A stretch of DNA of 64,000 nucleotides from assembly GCA_963749155.1 (NCBI GenBank), contig CAVVLO010000002.1, positions 1,376,001-1,440,000 on the forward strand, written 5' to 3'. The position numbers and the translations under genes were made by a program. Under the pieces are notes generated by a model, which saw only the letters and a program-made list of their open reading frames with translations, did no database searches and was not told where the DNA came from. The DNA is from an uncultured Armatimonadia bacterium (lineage in GTDB: Bacteria > Armatimonadota > Zipacnadia > CAVVLO01). Below are positions 52,991 to 63,831 of the stretch, piece after piece. Position 1 is the first letter of the stretch; every line of letters begins with the position of its first letter.

Positions 52991-54030
52991 ATGAAAAAGC
53001 CATTAGGTAAGATTGTTGCGCTACTTCTCGTCTTGGGACTGTCCATCGCGCTCGCTTCGGTGAGTTACGCCTATGAGGTGCAACTGGCCGGTATCAGGCT
53101 TGGCGATTCCGCCACACGCCTCCTTGCGGTCTATGGCACCCCTGATGGACTCATTATCGGTGGTGGCGGTGGCAGTAGTGGGTCCGCTGGCGCCTCGATG
53201 ATGATGCCCGGTATGTCCGGCGGAATGATGATGCCCGGAATGCCAGGCGGAATGACAATGCCCAGCATGCCTACCATGCCTACAATGGGTCCAATGCCAG
53301 GAATGCCTGGCGCTTTGCCGACCCCGGCGCCGGAGGTATGGGCGGGGGCCTGCCAATGATGGGCCCAATGCCTGGTATTATGCCCCAGGCGCCTCCGATG
53401 CCACCTGGCGCGCCCGGCTCAATGGCCGGTAATATGGGTGGCGGTGCTCCTGGAGGACCGTCCTTGCCTATGATGCCTGGCCCAAGTGGAGCTGGCGCAG
53501 GTCCGGGGATGGCAGGGCCGATGCCCGGTGCCCCCTCAATGCCCGGTATGATGCCCGGTATGCCCGGTATGGGTGGTATGGGCGGGGGCGCATCCAGCGG
53601 CGGTGGCGCCGTCAACTCCATTATGCAGACGATTCAGGATATCGCGTCTTTCCGTCAGACCATGGAAAGCGCTATTATCGATTCTGCAACCGTACCGCTC
53701 AACTCTGGCGAGGTCGAGTGGCTCTATCTCCGGCCTAACGGAGTTGTCCTGGGCTTCGTCATCAACCAGGAAGGTCTGGTCACTGTTATCGTCGTGACTG
53801 GCCCCAAGTGTGATTACGCTCGCTCTGCCCTCGGCAAGGCGGGCAAGACCATCAAACTGAACGACGGCTTCAAGACTGTCATCTATCGCTACGGCGTGCC
53901 AGATGCTTTCGAGAATATGGATGGCCGCCCAACTACCGATATGGTGTTGCGGTATACCAACAAGAACAACATCGCCTTCACCTTGATGGATATGAAGGTG
54001 ACCCGCATCCACATTTGGCAGCCCGATTAA
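52991..54030 (+). CDS. Exported protein with a Met/Pro/Gly-rich insert, frameshift near 53320
   Basis: AGGAGG RBS; signal peptide MKKPLGKIVALLLVLGLSIALASVSYA; MPG repeats continue across the two ORFs. Confidence 0.75.
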
Positions 54031-54135
54031 CAACTGGCTGCCGCAACCGGCCTGAATCAAACCGCCTGGCCCGCTACTGACCGTGGCGGGCCGGTCTGTT
54101 CTTGATAGTGGGCTTTTTAGTGGAAGTGGACCCCC

Positions 54136-55953
54136 TTGGACGCCAAAGATCAGGTCAAGGAGCGCATCGACATCCACGCTGTTATCTCTCGCTACGTCAC
54201 GCTGCGGCGGACCGGGCGCAACTGGGTGGGGCTTTGCCCCTTCCATGAGGAGAAAACAGGTTCTTTTACCGTCAACCAGGAGAAGCAGCTTTTCAAGTGT
54301 TTCGGTTGCGGGGTGGGCGGGGATGTCTTCGAGTTCATAATGAAGATAGAGGGCCTTTCCTTCCGGGAAGCCCTCGAGCAACTGGCTGCCGAAGCCGGCG
54401 TGAAGCTGGAGTTCTCTCCTGAACAGTCTCGCCAGCGCAGTGAGAAGGAACTTATCACAGAAGCCAATGAGCGCGCGGTGCGAGCTTTTCTTGCTTCGCG
54501 CAAACAGGGCGGTCTGCCCGACTGGGTGAGGGCCTTTCTCGAGGAGCGCTTCGCTCCCGAGACGCTTGAGACCTTTGATATCGGTTACGCCCCTGCCGAG
54601 GGCAAGTTGCTGTCGGGAAGATACGGCGACAAAGCCGCTGCCGTCAAAGCTTTACGACTGGCTGGCCTTGTGCGGGGCCAGGGAAACGAGTTGTACGATT
54701 ATTTTCGCGATCGCGTTATGTTCCCAATCCGCGATGCGCGCGGCAAGGTTATCGCTTTCGGGGGCAGGGCCGGGCCCGAGGGTAAACCAAAATACTTGAA
54801 CAGTCCAGAAACTCCGGCTTTCAACAAGTCGTCTACTTTGTATGGCCTCGATCGCGCAAGCCAGGCCATCCGCGAAGCGGACCAGGCAGTGCTCGTTGAA
54901 GGTTATACCGATGTGATCGCCTGTCATTCCGCAGGGCTGACGAACGTTGTGGCAACCCTCGGCACGGCTATGACCGAGAGCCACATCAGGCAGCTCAAGC
55001 GGTACACGACCAATGTTGTGCTTGCCTATGATGCCGACAGCGCAGGCATCAACGCCGCCTTGCGAGGAGCCAGGATGTTCGACCAGGCGGGACTGGCAGT
55101 TTCTGTGGCCACGATGCCCGAGGGGAAAGATCCCGACGAGGCGCTGAGAGAGCTGGGCCTTGACCGAGTAACGCAGGCCCTGGCTGAAGCCAGGTCGCTT
55201 ACCCAGTTTGCGCTGGAGAGGGCTTTTGACGCCTTTCCGTCGAATACTGAAGCCGGCAGGAAGAAGCTTGTTGCAGCGATAAGAAGCATCCTGGCCGATG
55301 TGGTAAGCCCGGTGCTTCGCGAAGATTACCTGCAGTGGACGGCAAGTCGCTGGACGGAACGCGCGCCAGCCCGGATGCCCCAGGTACTCACCGCTTTAAG
55401 GCGCGAAGTGCAGCAGGAATTGCGCGAGCGAGTCCGGGAACGGCGTCGCACCAAGCCTTCGGAGCGCGGCCAGGGCAGCGAAGCTCAGTCTGAAGAGGCC
55501 GTGGAAGAGCTGGAATTACTGGCTCCGGGCGTGGTTAAAGCTGAGAAAGAGTTAATTGGTCTCGTCTTAGCCTCGCTGAGCCAGGCGCGTGATATAATCG
55601 AGAAGGCCCATCAGGAATTTTTTACGGTTGACCTGCACCGACGAGCCTTCAACGCGCTTTCGAAAGCGATTCAGGCTTTGCCCGCGGGGCAGGGTGATTT
55701 GCCCTCTGTGGATGATATCGCCAGGCAGGCGGATGGCGATGAGCAAGTAAAGGCTTTGGTACTCGAACTGGCTGTGCTGGCTGAGCCCGAGCCAAAACCA
55801 GAACTCGTTAGCGAGTTGCTTGCCAAACTGGAAAGAGAGCAACTCGCGCGGGCAGCGGCAGCGGCGCGTGCCGAATTCAACAAGACTGGCGCGCCAGAGG
55901 CCCTGGCGCGTTATCAGGAGCTGCAGCGCAGGCTCACGACTGGCGACCAATAG
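54136..55953 (+). CDS. dnaG: DNA primase
   Basis: CPFHEEKTGSF..CFGC zinc ribbon, FRDRVMFPI, KYLNSPET, VEGYTD, YDADSAG. Confidence 0.97.
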   Translation: MDAKDQVKERIDIHAVISRYVTLRRTGRNWVGLCPFHEEKTGSFTVNQEKQLFKCFGCGVGGDVFEFIMKIEGLSFREALEQLAAEAGVKLEFSPEQSRQRSEKELITEANERAVRAFLASRKQGGLPDWVRAFLEERFAPETLETFDIGYAPAEGKLLSGRYGDKAAAVKALRLAGLVRGQGNELYDYFRDRVMFPIRDARGKVIAFGGRAGPEGKPKYLNSPETPAFNKSSTLYGLDRASQAIREADQAVLVEGYTDVIACHSAGLTNVVATLGTAMTESHIRQLKRYTTNVVLAYDADSAGINAALRGARMFDQAGLAVSVATMPEGKDPDEALRELGLDRVTQALAEARSLTQFALERAFDAFPSNTEAGRKKLVAAIRSILADVVSPVLREDYLQWTASRWTERAPARMPQVLTALRREVQQELRERVRERRRTKPSERGQGSEAQSEEAVEELELLAPGVVKAEKELIGLVLASLSQARDIIEKAHQEFFTVDLHRRAFNALSKAIQALPAGQGDLPSVDDIARQADGDEQVKALVLELAVLAEPEPKPELVSELLAKLEREQLARAAAAARAEFNKTGAPEALARYQELQRRLTTGDQ

Positions 55954-56041
55954 TCATTCTATATACTCTTATTCCCTTGAACCAGGCTCCAAAAAATGAC
56001 CTGAAACAAGGGCTTTGCCTTCCCAAAGGGAGGGATTTGCC

Positions 56042-57136
56042 TTGGCGAAGAAGAAAAGACTTGAGACGTCGCAGGAATTCGCGGACCTTATGGTTAGAGG
56101 CCGTGACAGCGGCGCTTTGACTTATAGAGAGATCTCCGAGGCCCTTGGCGCGCGCGAGGACCTCGATACTGATGATCTGGAGCGGCTGTATCAGAAGCTT
56201 CAGGACGCTGGAGTGCAAGTGGTGCAGGAGTCCGAACAAGAAGACGAAGTCGAAACTGGCCTCAGGCGCCCAAGGCGTCCGAGAGGTTCGGAAGAAGACA
56301 TCCCCATAGAAGACTCGGTGCGTATGTACCTCCGGCGCATCGGGCGCGTGCCGTTGCTCACCTCCCAGCAGGAGGTCGAGCTGGCCAAACGCGTCGAGCG
56401 CGGTGACCGCGAGGCCAAGCGCAAGCTCATCGAGTCCAACTTCCGCCTGGTGGTCAGCATTGCCAAGAAATATGCCGGCCGCAGCGGGATGTCCTTCAAC
56501 GACCTGATACAGGAAGGTAACATAGGGCTCATCCGCGCGGTTGAGAAATTCGACTGGCGCAAGGGTTACAAGTTCAGCACCTATGCCACCTGGTGGATCC
56601 GGCAGGCTATCTCGCGCGCTATCGCAGACCAGGCGCGGACTATACGCATCCCCGTGCATATGGTCGAGACCATCAACCGGCTCGGCAAAGTGCAGCGCGC
56701 CTTGCTGCAGCGGCTGGGGCGGGAACCTTCAATCGAAGAGATAGCCCATGAGATGGAGCTGACCCCCGAGCGGGTCAGCGAGATCTTCCAGATGACCCCC
56801 GAGCCGCTTTCACTGGATGCGCCAGTGGGAGATGACCAGAGCAGCTATCTGGGCGACTTCATCCCCGATGATGAAGAGTCTTCGCCCGTCGATGCTGCCA
56901 GCAACAGAGTGCTGCGCGAGCAGCTCGAGCGAGTACTGCAGACGCTTACCCAGCGCGAGCGCGATGTGCTCAAGCTGCGCTTCGGCCTGGATGACGGTTA
57001 TCCGCGGACGCTGGAAGAGGTCGGCCAGATATTCAATGTAACCCGAGAGCGCATCCGCCAGATCGAGGCGAAAGCGTTGAAGAAGCTGCGGCATCCCAAA
57101 CGCAGTGAGAAGCTGAAAGACTACACTGAGTTCTAG
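56042..57136 (+). CDS. rpoD: Primary sigma factor (SigA/RpoD)
   Basis: [50 protein letters not shown]; follows dnaG. Confidence 0.97.
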   Translation: MAKKKRLETSQEFADLMVRGRDSGALTYREISEALGAREDLDTDDLERLYQKLQDAGVQVVQESEQEDEVETGLRRPRRPRGSEEDIPIEDSVRMYLRRIGRVPLLTSQQEVELAKRVERGDREAKRKLIESNFRLVVSIAKKYAGRSGMSFNDLIQEGNIGLIRAVEKFDWRKGYKFSTYATWWIRQAISRAIADQARTIRIPVHMVETINRLGKVQRALLQRLGREPSIEEIAHEMELTPERVSEIFQMTPEPLSLDAPVGDDQSSYLGDFIPDDEESSPVDAASNRVLREQLERVLQTLTQRERDVLKLRFGLDDGYPRTLEEVGQIFNVTRERIRQIEAKALKKLRHPKRSEKLKDYTEF

Positions 57137-57158
57137 CTAAAACGAGGCCTGGCAAGTT

Positions 57159-59099
57159 TTGTCAGAGTCCCTGAAACAGGCTAACTCGCCCGACAAGCCC
57201 CAGACCGCGCTGCCCTGGCGTGGCCTAGTGCTGGCGCTGGCCCTCTTTCCCCTTAATGCTTACTGGCTCATCCACACGGAAAGAATATTCTTCGGCCCTT
57301 ATGTGACCACTATCTCACTCTTCGCCAACGTGTTGTTTATCCTCATCATAGTGGCGCTGCTCAATCTGCTAATCGCCCGCCTGTGGAAACCACTGCTCAC
57401 TCCAGCTGACCTGGGCGTGTTATACGCCTTGCTTGCACTTGGCTCGGGACTTGCGGGGATGGACAATGGCCAGGTGCTGGTGCAGGTGATGGCTTGCCCG
57501 TACTACTTTGGCGATGAGACAACCCGGTGGTTGCAGCACTTCGGCGATGAACTCTCCCCCTGGCTTGTGGTAAACAACCGAGAGGCGCTGCTTGGCTTCT
57601 TCCGCGGGCAATCCAGTCTGTATACAGTGCAGCATCTCAGGGCCTGGGCCTTACCGACGCTCTCCTGGGTGGTCCTTTGGTCCTTTATATTCTGGGGCGC
57701 GCTTGCAATCAACTCGCTGCTGGCGCCCAGGTGGCTGCGCCGAGAACGCCTCACCTACCCCATCGTCCAGGTGCCGCTCGAAATAATCAATCGCCCTCAG
57801 GAGCTTTTCTCCAACCGTATTATGTGGATGGGCTTTGCAGTCGCGGGCGGCATCGGCGTCATCAATGGCCTCAATTTTCTCTACCCGGCCATCCCGGCCA
57901 TCAAGATAGTCGGTCTGGATATGGGGACGATGATCCATAACCGGCCCTGGAGCGCCATCGGCTGGACTCCAATCACTTTCTACCCCTTCGTAATCGGCCT
58001 GGGTTTCCTGATGCCGACCGACCTGATTTTTTCCTGCTGGTTCTTCTTCTGGGTGTGGAAGGCCCAACAGGTATTTTCCGCGATGGTAGGACTGGATCAG
58101 GTGCCTGACGCCCCCTGGATAACTCAGCAGACCTTCGGGGCAGTGCTTGGCCTGGCCACGGCGCTTATCTGGAGTTCTCGCCACGACCTGGCCGATGCGA
58201 TTTCACGAAAAGGCGCGCACTGGAAGGAAGACGAACAAGCCTGGCCGATGAAGCCTCGCGTCGCGGTCGGCTTGCTTGTTATCTGCATCGTGCTGCTGGT
58301 CATCGCCTGGCATCTGGCGGGCACTCGGGTCACAATGGCCCTCTATCTTTTCCTGGGTTATTACCTGATGGGCATCACCCTGACGCGCATCAGGGCGGAA
58401 TTCGGCTCACCGGTGCATGATTTCCACTGGGTGCCAGCCGATTACATGGTGGTTAGCGTCCTGGGCTCGGCGCGAATCCCCAAAGGAGACCTGGTAGGCC
58501 TTTCGTATTTTTGGGGTTTCAATCGGGCCCAAAGGTCCAACCCGATGCCCCAACACGCCGAAAGCCTGAAAGTGGCCGAGCAGACGTCCATCCCGCTGGG
58601 CTGGCTTCAGAAATGGAGCCTTGCGACAGTGCCCTTCGGAGTGCTGGTCGGCATCTGGGCCTTCACCCACCTGGGCTACCAACTGGGTATCGCAAGCAAA
58701 TTTGGCGGGGGTTGGGGCTTCGGTTACCAGTGCTGGGACAGAACCAACTCCTGGATTGCCGCGCCAACCAACGGCGACCCGAGAGCTTTCTGGGCTATCT
58801 TGACCGGCCTTGGCACCGTGCTCGCGCTCTATTCGGCCAAGCTCAGGTTCGTCGGATGGCCTTTCCATCCCATTGGGTACGCGGTGTCCAGCTCCTGGTC
58901 TATCAACCTTATCTGGCTGCCCCTTTTAATCGCCTGGCTGGCCAAGGTGTTGATAATGCGCCACGGGGGACTGCGGAGTTTCCGCAAGGTGCGTCCCTTC
59001 TTTGTTGGGCTCATCCTGGGCGATACGCTGGTGGGCTGCGTCTGGAGCCTTATTGGCGTGTTTTCCCATCTGCGGATGTACAACTTCTGGGGCGCCTGA
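57159..59099 (+). CDS. Large polytopic membrane protein, putative transporter (DUF6785/DUF6784-like), copy 1
   Basis: Many TM helices; ERLTYPIVQVP, TRIRAEFG, WPFHPIGY, PFFVGLILGD. Confidence 0.7.
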   Translation: MSESLKQANSPDKPQTALPWRGLVLALALFPLNAYWLIHTERIFFGPYVTTISLFANVLFILIIVALLNLLIARLWKPLLTPADLGVLYALLALGSGLAGMDNGQVLVQVMACPYYFGDETTRWLQHFGDELSPWLVVNNREALLGFFRGQSSLYTVQHLRAWALPTLSWVVLWSFIFWGALAINSLLAPRWLRRERLTYPIVQVPLEIINRPQELFSNRIMWMGFAVAGGIGVINGLNFLYPAIPAIKIVGLDMGTMIHNRPWSAIGWTPITFYPFVIGLGFLMPTDLIFSCWFFFWVWKAQQVFSAMVGLDQVPDAPWITQQTFGAVLGLATALIWSSRHDLADAISRKGAHWKEDEQAWPMKPRVAVGLLVICIVLLVIAWHLAGTRVTMALYLFLGYYLMGITLTRIRAEFGSPVHDFHWVPADYMVVSVLGSARIPKGDLVGLSYFWGFNRAQRSNPMPQHAESLKVAEQTSIPLGWLQKWSLATVPFGVLVGIWAFTHLGYQLGIASKFGGGWGFGYQCWDRTNSWIAAPTNGDPRAFWAILTGLGTVLALYSAKLRFVGWPFHPIGYAVSSSWSINLIWLPLLIAWLAKVLIMRHGGLRSFRKVRPFFVGLILGDTLVGCVWSLIGVFSHLRMYNFWGA

Positions 59100-59103
59100 T
59101 TCG

Positions 59104-59132
59104 TTGACAGCGCGAGCTTTCTGGGGCATTAT
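59104..59132 (+). promoter_or_regulatory. Promoter-like TTGACA-17-CATTAT right after copy 1 (similar element at 61141-61170 after copy 2)
   Basis: TTGACA at 59104 with CATTAT at 59127; TTGACA at 61141 with CATTAT at 61165. Confidence 0.5.
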
Positions 59133-59188
59133 CACTTGGCTTTCAATCCACCCAGATATTCTGCACGAGAGGCAGAGGAGAAGGTCTT

Positions 59189-61135
59189 CTGGCGACCCAA
59201 ATCAGGCAAGCGGCAGGTCCGGAGATAAAAGAAAGCGAGGCCTTCCCCTGGCGGGGCCTGGTGCTTTCGTATCTCTTGCTTCCGGCTAATGCCTATTGGC
59301 TTGTCCACGCCGAAGCCGTCGGCCACGGCCCCTTCCCGACTACTATCTCGCTCTTCCCCAACGTGCTTTTTACGCTTTTCTTTGTCGTGCTGCTCAACCT
59401 CGCGGCCGCCAAATGGTGGAAACCCTTGCTCTCGCGCATCGATCTGGCCGTGATGTGGGGCATCTTGTGTATGGGCTCCTCCCTTGCTTCACTTGACCAG
59501 ATCCAGGTACTGGTGCCAATCGCCGCCGATCCGTATTACTTCGGGGTAGAAACAACCCAGTGGCTGCAACATTTCGGCGATGAGATCTCCAGATGGCTGG
59601 TTGTGACCGACAAGGAGGCGCTGCTGGGCTTCTTCAGAGGCAATTCGAGCCTCTATGAGCTGCGTCATATCAAGGCCTGGGCCACCCCGATGCTCGTCTG
59701 GACGGTGCTCTGGAGTTTCCTGGTCTGGGGAATGATAGCCATCAACGCGCTGCTGTCACCGCGCTGGCTGAGGAAAGAGAGGCTTACTTATCCTGTTGTC
59801 CAGGTGCCCCTGGAGCTTATCAACCATCCAACCAGCCTGCTCAAGAGCCGCGTTATGTGGGCGGGCTTCCTTATCGGCGCAAGCGTGACCGCGCTGGCCG
59901 GACTGCATGCTTTGTATCCCGCGATACCGGCGCCCAATGTGCGACCTATCTCGCTGCATGAAGTTTTTACCGAGCGTCCCTGGAATGCTGTCGGCTGGAC
60001 TCCAATTACTTTTTTCCCCTTCGTAATTGGCCTGGGTTTCCTGATGCCTACCGACCTGATGTTCTCTTGCTGGTTCTTCTACTGGTACTGGAAGGCCCAG
60101 CAGGTCTTCGCCGCCGCTACGGGCCTCGATCAGTCACCCGGCGCGCCGTGGATCAATCCTCAGACTTTTGGCGCCGTGATGGGCCTTGCGCTGGCGCTGC
60201 TTTATAGCTCTCGCTTTGACCTGGGCGATATGTGGCGAAGAGCCTTGAAACGAACTCAGCACCTGGTCCCGGGCCAGCCGATGGGGGCGAGAGCCTCTTT
60301 CTTGCTGCTTTTCGTCTCGCTTGCGGTGCTTGTTGCTGCCTGGAGCGTACTCGGAGTGCGCTTCTGGCTGGTAATTGTGCTGTTTGCCAGTTATTACCTG
60401 ATGGGCATCGCCATCACCCGCATCCGGGTCGAATTCGGCTCTCCTGTCCATGACCTGCATGTCACCAGCGCCGATTATATTTTGCCAACGGTCTTCGGAC
60501 CAGGCTATTTCTACAAACGTGATTTGGTTGGACTGACCTATTACTGGGCTTTCAACAGGGCGCAGCGGGCCCATGAGATGCCTCAACATGCCGAGGCGCT
60601 GAAGGTCGCCGAGCAGACCGGCCTGCCCTTGGCGCGTATGAACAAGATTTTGCTGCTCACTGTGCCCATCGGCGTGCTTATCGGCATCTGGGCGTATCTG
60701 CATATTGCCTATGACCTGGGCTCGGCATCGAAATTTACGACGAGTTGGTGGCTCGGTTTCGAAGGCTGGAGCCGCGCCGATTCCTGGATCAACGCGCCAG
60801 CCAGGCCTGACCATAACGCTGCCTGGGGAATACTCGTCGGCTTCCTCTCGGTGTTGTTCCTCTACTTTATGAAGCTGCGCTTTGTCGGCTGGCCCTTCCA
60901 CCCGATCGGTTATCCAATTTCCAACTCCTTCTCTATCCAGCTTGTCTGGATGCCGCTGCTTATCGCCTGGCTCGCGAAGATATTTGTGATGCGGCACGGG
61001 GGCCTGCGAAGCTTCCGGGCGGTGCGGCCTTTCTTCATTGGGCTGGTGCTTGGCGATGTGGTGCTGGGCTGTTTCTGGAGTCTGCTTGGCGCCATCCTGA
61101 AGCTTAAGCTCTACAGCTTCTGGGGCCAGTGGTGA
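59189..61135 (+). CDS. Large polytopic membrane protein, putative transporter, copy 2 (start uncertain: CTG at 59189 or GTG at 59261)
   Basis: Collinear paralog of copy 1 (WLQHFGDE, WTPITFFPFVIGLGFLMPTDL, EFGSPVHD, MRHGGLRSF); homology (PWRGLV) begins upstream of GTG 59261. Confidence 0.7.
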   Translation: MATQIRQAAGPEIKESEAFPWRGLVLSYLLLPANAYWLVHAEAVGHGPFPTTISLFPNVLFTLFFVVLLNLAAAKWWKPLLSRIDLAVMWGILCMGSSLASLDQIQVLVPIAADPYYFGVETTQWLQHFGDEISRWLVVTDKEALLGFFRGNSSLYELRHIKAWATPMLVWTVLWSFLVWGMIAINALLSPRWLRKERLTYPVVQVPLELINHPTSLLKSRVMWAGFLIGASVTALAGLHALYPAIPAPNVRPISLHEVFTERPWNAVGWTPITFFPFVIGLGFLMPTDLMFSCWFFYWYWKAQQVFAAATGLDQSPGAPWINPQTFGAVMGLALALLYSSRFDLGDMWRRALKRTQHLVPGQPMGARASFLLLFVSLAVLVAAWSVLGVRFWLVIVLFASYYLMGIAITRIRVEFGSPVHDLHVTSADYILPTVFGPGYFYKRDLVGLTYYWAFNRAQRAHEMPQHAEALKVAEQTGLPLARMNKILLLTVPIGVLIGIWAYLHIAYDLGSASKFTTSWWLGFEGWSRADSWINAPARPDHNAAWGILVGFLSVLFLYFMKLRFVGWPFHPIGYPISNSFSIQLVWMPLLIAWLAKIFVMRHGGLRSFRAVRPFFIGLVLGDVVLGCFWSLLGAILKLKLYSFWGQW

Positions 61136-61211
61136 CGCGGTTGACACGGCTACGCTCGCTACTGCATTATGGACCGGGCCGGTCCGCAGCTTAAGGGAGC
61201 GGCTTGATTCA

Positions 61212-63824
61212 ATGGATTCACTCGAAACGCTAACCCCAATCCGGAAGCCGCCTTCGTCCTCCGTCGATGCCGCAAGTGGCCTCGGCGAAGGTCTGCTTGC
61301 CTTGCTTGGACTCTCGGCCGGCGGCGCTCTGGCCGCAAGCTGGCAGCAGTGGCAGCTTGCAGTTGGTCCCGACTTCCTCTCCTGGCTTGCCTGTATCAGC
61401 GCTCTGCTTGGGGTGCTGGCGCTGGTGAATCTCGCGGATGTGAACTTCCCCGCGCGCTGGCTACCGGAACAGGCTTTTGTCGGCTTGGCGCTTGCCTGGG
61501 CTTTGCTTGGAGGGGCCTTGCTTGCAAGCCTGCCCAGGTTGTTCCTTCTTTTTCGCGATTATGCCGAGGCCCAGGCCCGACTCGATCCCGCTGCCGCTGC
61601 CATCGTCGGGGGTCTGCTAGGCGCTCTGCTTGCCTGGCCCTTGCTGGCTCTCTGGCAAGCCTCGCTCGCACTCGCTTGTCCCTCGGGGGCGGATAACCAG
61701 CCTCGTCTGCGCAGGCTGCTTGGGCTGGCCGGACTGGCTGTGGTGGCTGGACTTGGCCTTGCCCGGCTCGAACTGCGCTTGCCGGGTCTTTCAGCGCGCG
61801 ATGCCCTCATCCTGCTTCAGCTTGGCCCCTTTGTGGTTGCCGCGCTGGCCGTCTGGCTTGCCAGCAAGCAGAGCCTGGTCTGGCCCAGCCGGTTCTATCA
61901 TATAGAACACCCCTCTCCAAGCGCTCCCCTTGCACTTGGGGTTGCTGCCGGGGGAGGGTTGCTGGCTGGCGCCGCGGCCCTGGCGTTGCTCAGGGCAGTC
62001 CCGCTTTTGCTGCCCTGGCCTTTCTACGGTTTTGCGCCCCTCTTCATCTGGCTGGGAGCCCTTTTCTCCCTGGGTATGTATTGGCCCCCCCTGGCGACAA
62101 GAGGCGCAACAGAGCACTCACTGGGTACTCGCTTTGCCGCCTCGGCCCTTGCTTTGCTCGTGCTTATGCCTTATTTCCAAATGGCTCCAGGGCTTGTTGC
62201 CGAGGGAAAGCCCTGGCTCGCACTGGCGCTCTGGCTGGCGCTGGCTGGCCTCCCTGCCTGGCTACTTGGTGGAGCAATTGGAGCGGGCGCCTTCCGGTCC
62301 TGTTACGGCCCAGAACGCGCCAGGCATTTTGGCCTGCTGCTGCTAACAGGTTTTCTGGTTGGAGCCTGGCTTGCCGACTGGCAACTGGTGCGACTGCTGG
62401 GTCCGCAGCTTGCTCTCCTGGTACTCGCCTCCCTGACTGCTGCGACAGGCCTGCTATTTGGCGGGCTCAGGCCTGCTGCGCGTAATGCCCTTTCTCACTG
62501 GCCACTATTGCTTGCCGCGCTCTCCTGCCTGGTCTTGTTTCTGGCGCCCAGATGGGCGCTTGATCGCATAATATTGCCCGAGGTAGAAGGCGTCCAGGTA
62601 GCCAGCCAATCGGCTTCGATGCGAGGCTGGCTGGTTGTCTGCTCCGAAGAATCCGGCGCAATGACCCTTTCCTATCAGGGGGAGACGCTAACCCGGCAGG
62701 ACGGCAATTCGCCCCCGGCGCTGGAATTTGCCGAGGTGCTGGCCCAACTGGCAAGCGATGAGGCAGGCGCGCGGGCCGTCTATCGCACCCTTTGTGCGGA
62801 GGAAGCTCTCTCCCCCTCCAAGGCGACAACAGGCTGCTGGGATGTCTTTACCGAATCGGCCGATACGGCGCCCAGGCTGCTGCCAGGGGGACCTGTGCGA
62901 CTGGCCGAGGAAGTCTTGCCCACGGTGCTTGGTTATGGCGCAGGCCGGCTTCGGCTGGATTCGGGCGACCCGTGGGAACTGACTTCCGAAGATTACGCCA
63001 GGCTCAAAGAAGTGTTGGGTCCGCAAGGGATTTTTACTCGCGTGATTTCACTGGACCGGCTTGATCGCGACAGTTTTGGCCGGCTTTGTCAGACCCTGAA
63101 TCAGGCCTTCCCTGAGGGAGAGTTCTGGTTCGCTGGCCAGGATCAGCTTGTTTTTATTGGCGGGCCAGGTTACCAGGGCCTGGCTACTGAAACACTGGAG
63201 CTTGAACTTACTCTTGATGCGACCGTGCAAGAGCGGATGCAGAGCTTTGGCCTCACCAATGTGGCGGCGCTGCTTGCGTGCCGGATTGGCAAGGTCAGCG
63301 AATTTGCGGTCGGTTCGCCTTTTACTTCGGCCAACCTGGCCACCTGGCGTCCGAAGCCCTCCGCTACGCCACTTTTTGCCGCGCTGATTGCCCCGAGGCT
63401 GAACTTCAGCCAGGTGATCTCTGAGCTGAGTCTTGCCGAAGAGGACTCCCTTGTGCGGGCCGAAGCGCTGAGAGACCTGGCTGGCTTTTACTGGAAGCGA
63501 GGTCTGCCCGAGGCGGCCCTTGGCGCCTGGCGCGCTGCCTGGCAGGTGGATACTGACAATCTGCTGCCGGCCCTCGAACTCATCCAGGCCCAGCTTGATT
63601 TGAAACTGCTGGCTGATGCGCGCGCGACCCTCGAGCAAGCTGACCGCGCTTCGCGTCGCAACACGGAGCTGGATTTCCTCTGGGGCAGACTGCACGAGGC
63701 CGAAGGGGAGCTGCCTGCTGCTGAAGCCAGTTACAAGCGCGCGCGCGACGCTGCGCCCACCATCACCAAATACCGGGACGCGCTCTGGGAAGTCCGGAAG
63801 AAGCAGGGCAAGTCGCCCTGGTAG
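61212..63824 (+). CDS. Multi-TM membrane protein with degenerate spermidine-synthase-like domain and C-terminal TPRs
   Basis: About 12 TM segments; DPWELTSEDYARLKEVLGPQGIF..TLNQAFP resembles the spermidine synthase C-terminal part; TPR-like AEASYKRARDAAP. Confidence 0.55.
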   Translation: MDSLETLTPIRKPPSSSVDAASGLGEGLLALLGLSAGGALAASWQQWQLAVGPDFLSWLACISALLGVLALVNLADVNFPARWLPEQAFVGLALAWALLGGALLASLPRLFLLFRDYAEAQARLDPAAAAIVGGLLGALLAWPLLALWQASLALACPSGADNQPRLRRLLGLAGLAVVAGLGLARLELRLPGLSARDALILLQLGPFVVAALAVWLASKQSLVWPSRFYHIEHPSPSAPLALGVAAGGGLLAGAAALALLRAVPLLLPWPFYGFAPLFIWLGALFSLGMYWPPLATRGATEHSLGTRFAASALALLVLMPYFQMAPGLVAEGKPWLALALWLALAGLPAWLLGGAIGAGAFRSCYGPERARHFGLLLLTGFLVGAWLADWQLVRLLGPQLALLVLASLTAATGLLFGGLRPAARNALSHWPLLLAALSCLVLFLAPRWALDRIILPEVEGVQVASQSASMRGWLVVCSEESGAMTLSYQGETLTRQDGNSPPALEFAEVLAQLASDEAGARAVYRTLCAEEALSPSKATTGCWDVFTESADTAPRLLPGGPVRLAEEVLPTVLGYGAGRLRLDSGDPWELTSEDYARLKEVLGPQGIFTRVISLDRLDRDSFGRLCQTLNQAFPEGEFWFAGQDQLVFIGGPGYQGLATETLELELTLDATVQERMQSFGLTNVAALLACRIGKVSEFAVGSPFTSANLATWRPKPSATPLFAALIAPRLNFSQVISELSLAEEDSLVRAEALRDLAGFYWKRGLPEAALGAWRAAWQVDTDNLLPALELIQAQLDLKLLADARATLEQADRASRRNTELDFLWGRLHEAEGELPAAEASYKRARDAAPTITKYRDALWEVRKKQGKSPW

Positions 63825-63831
63825 AAGCTAG

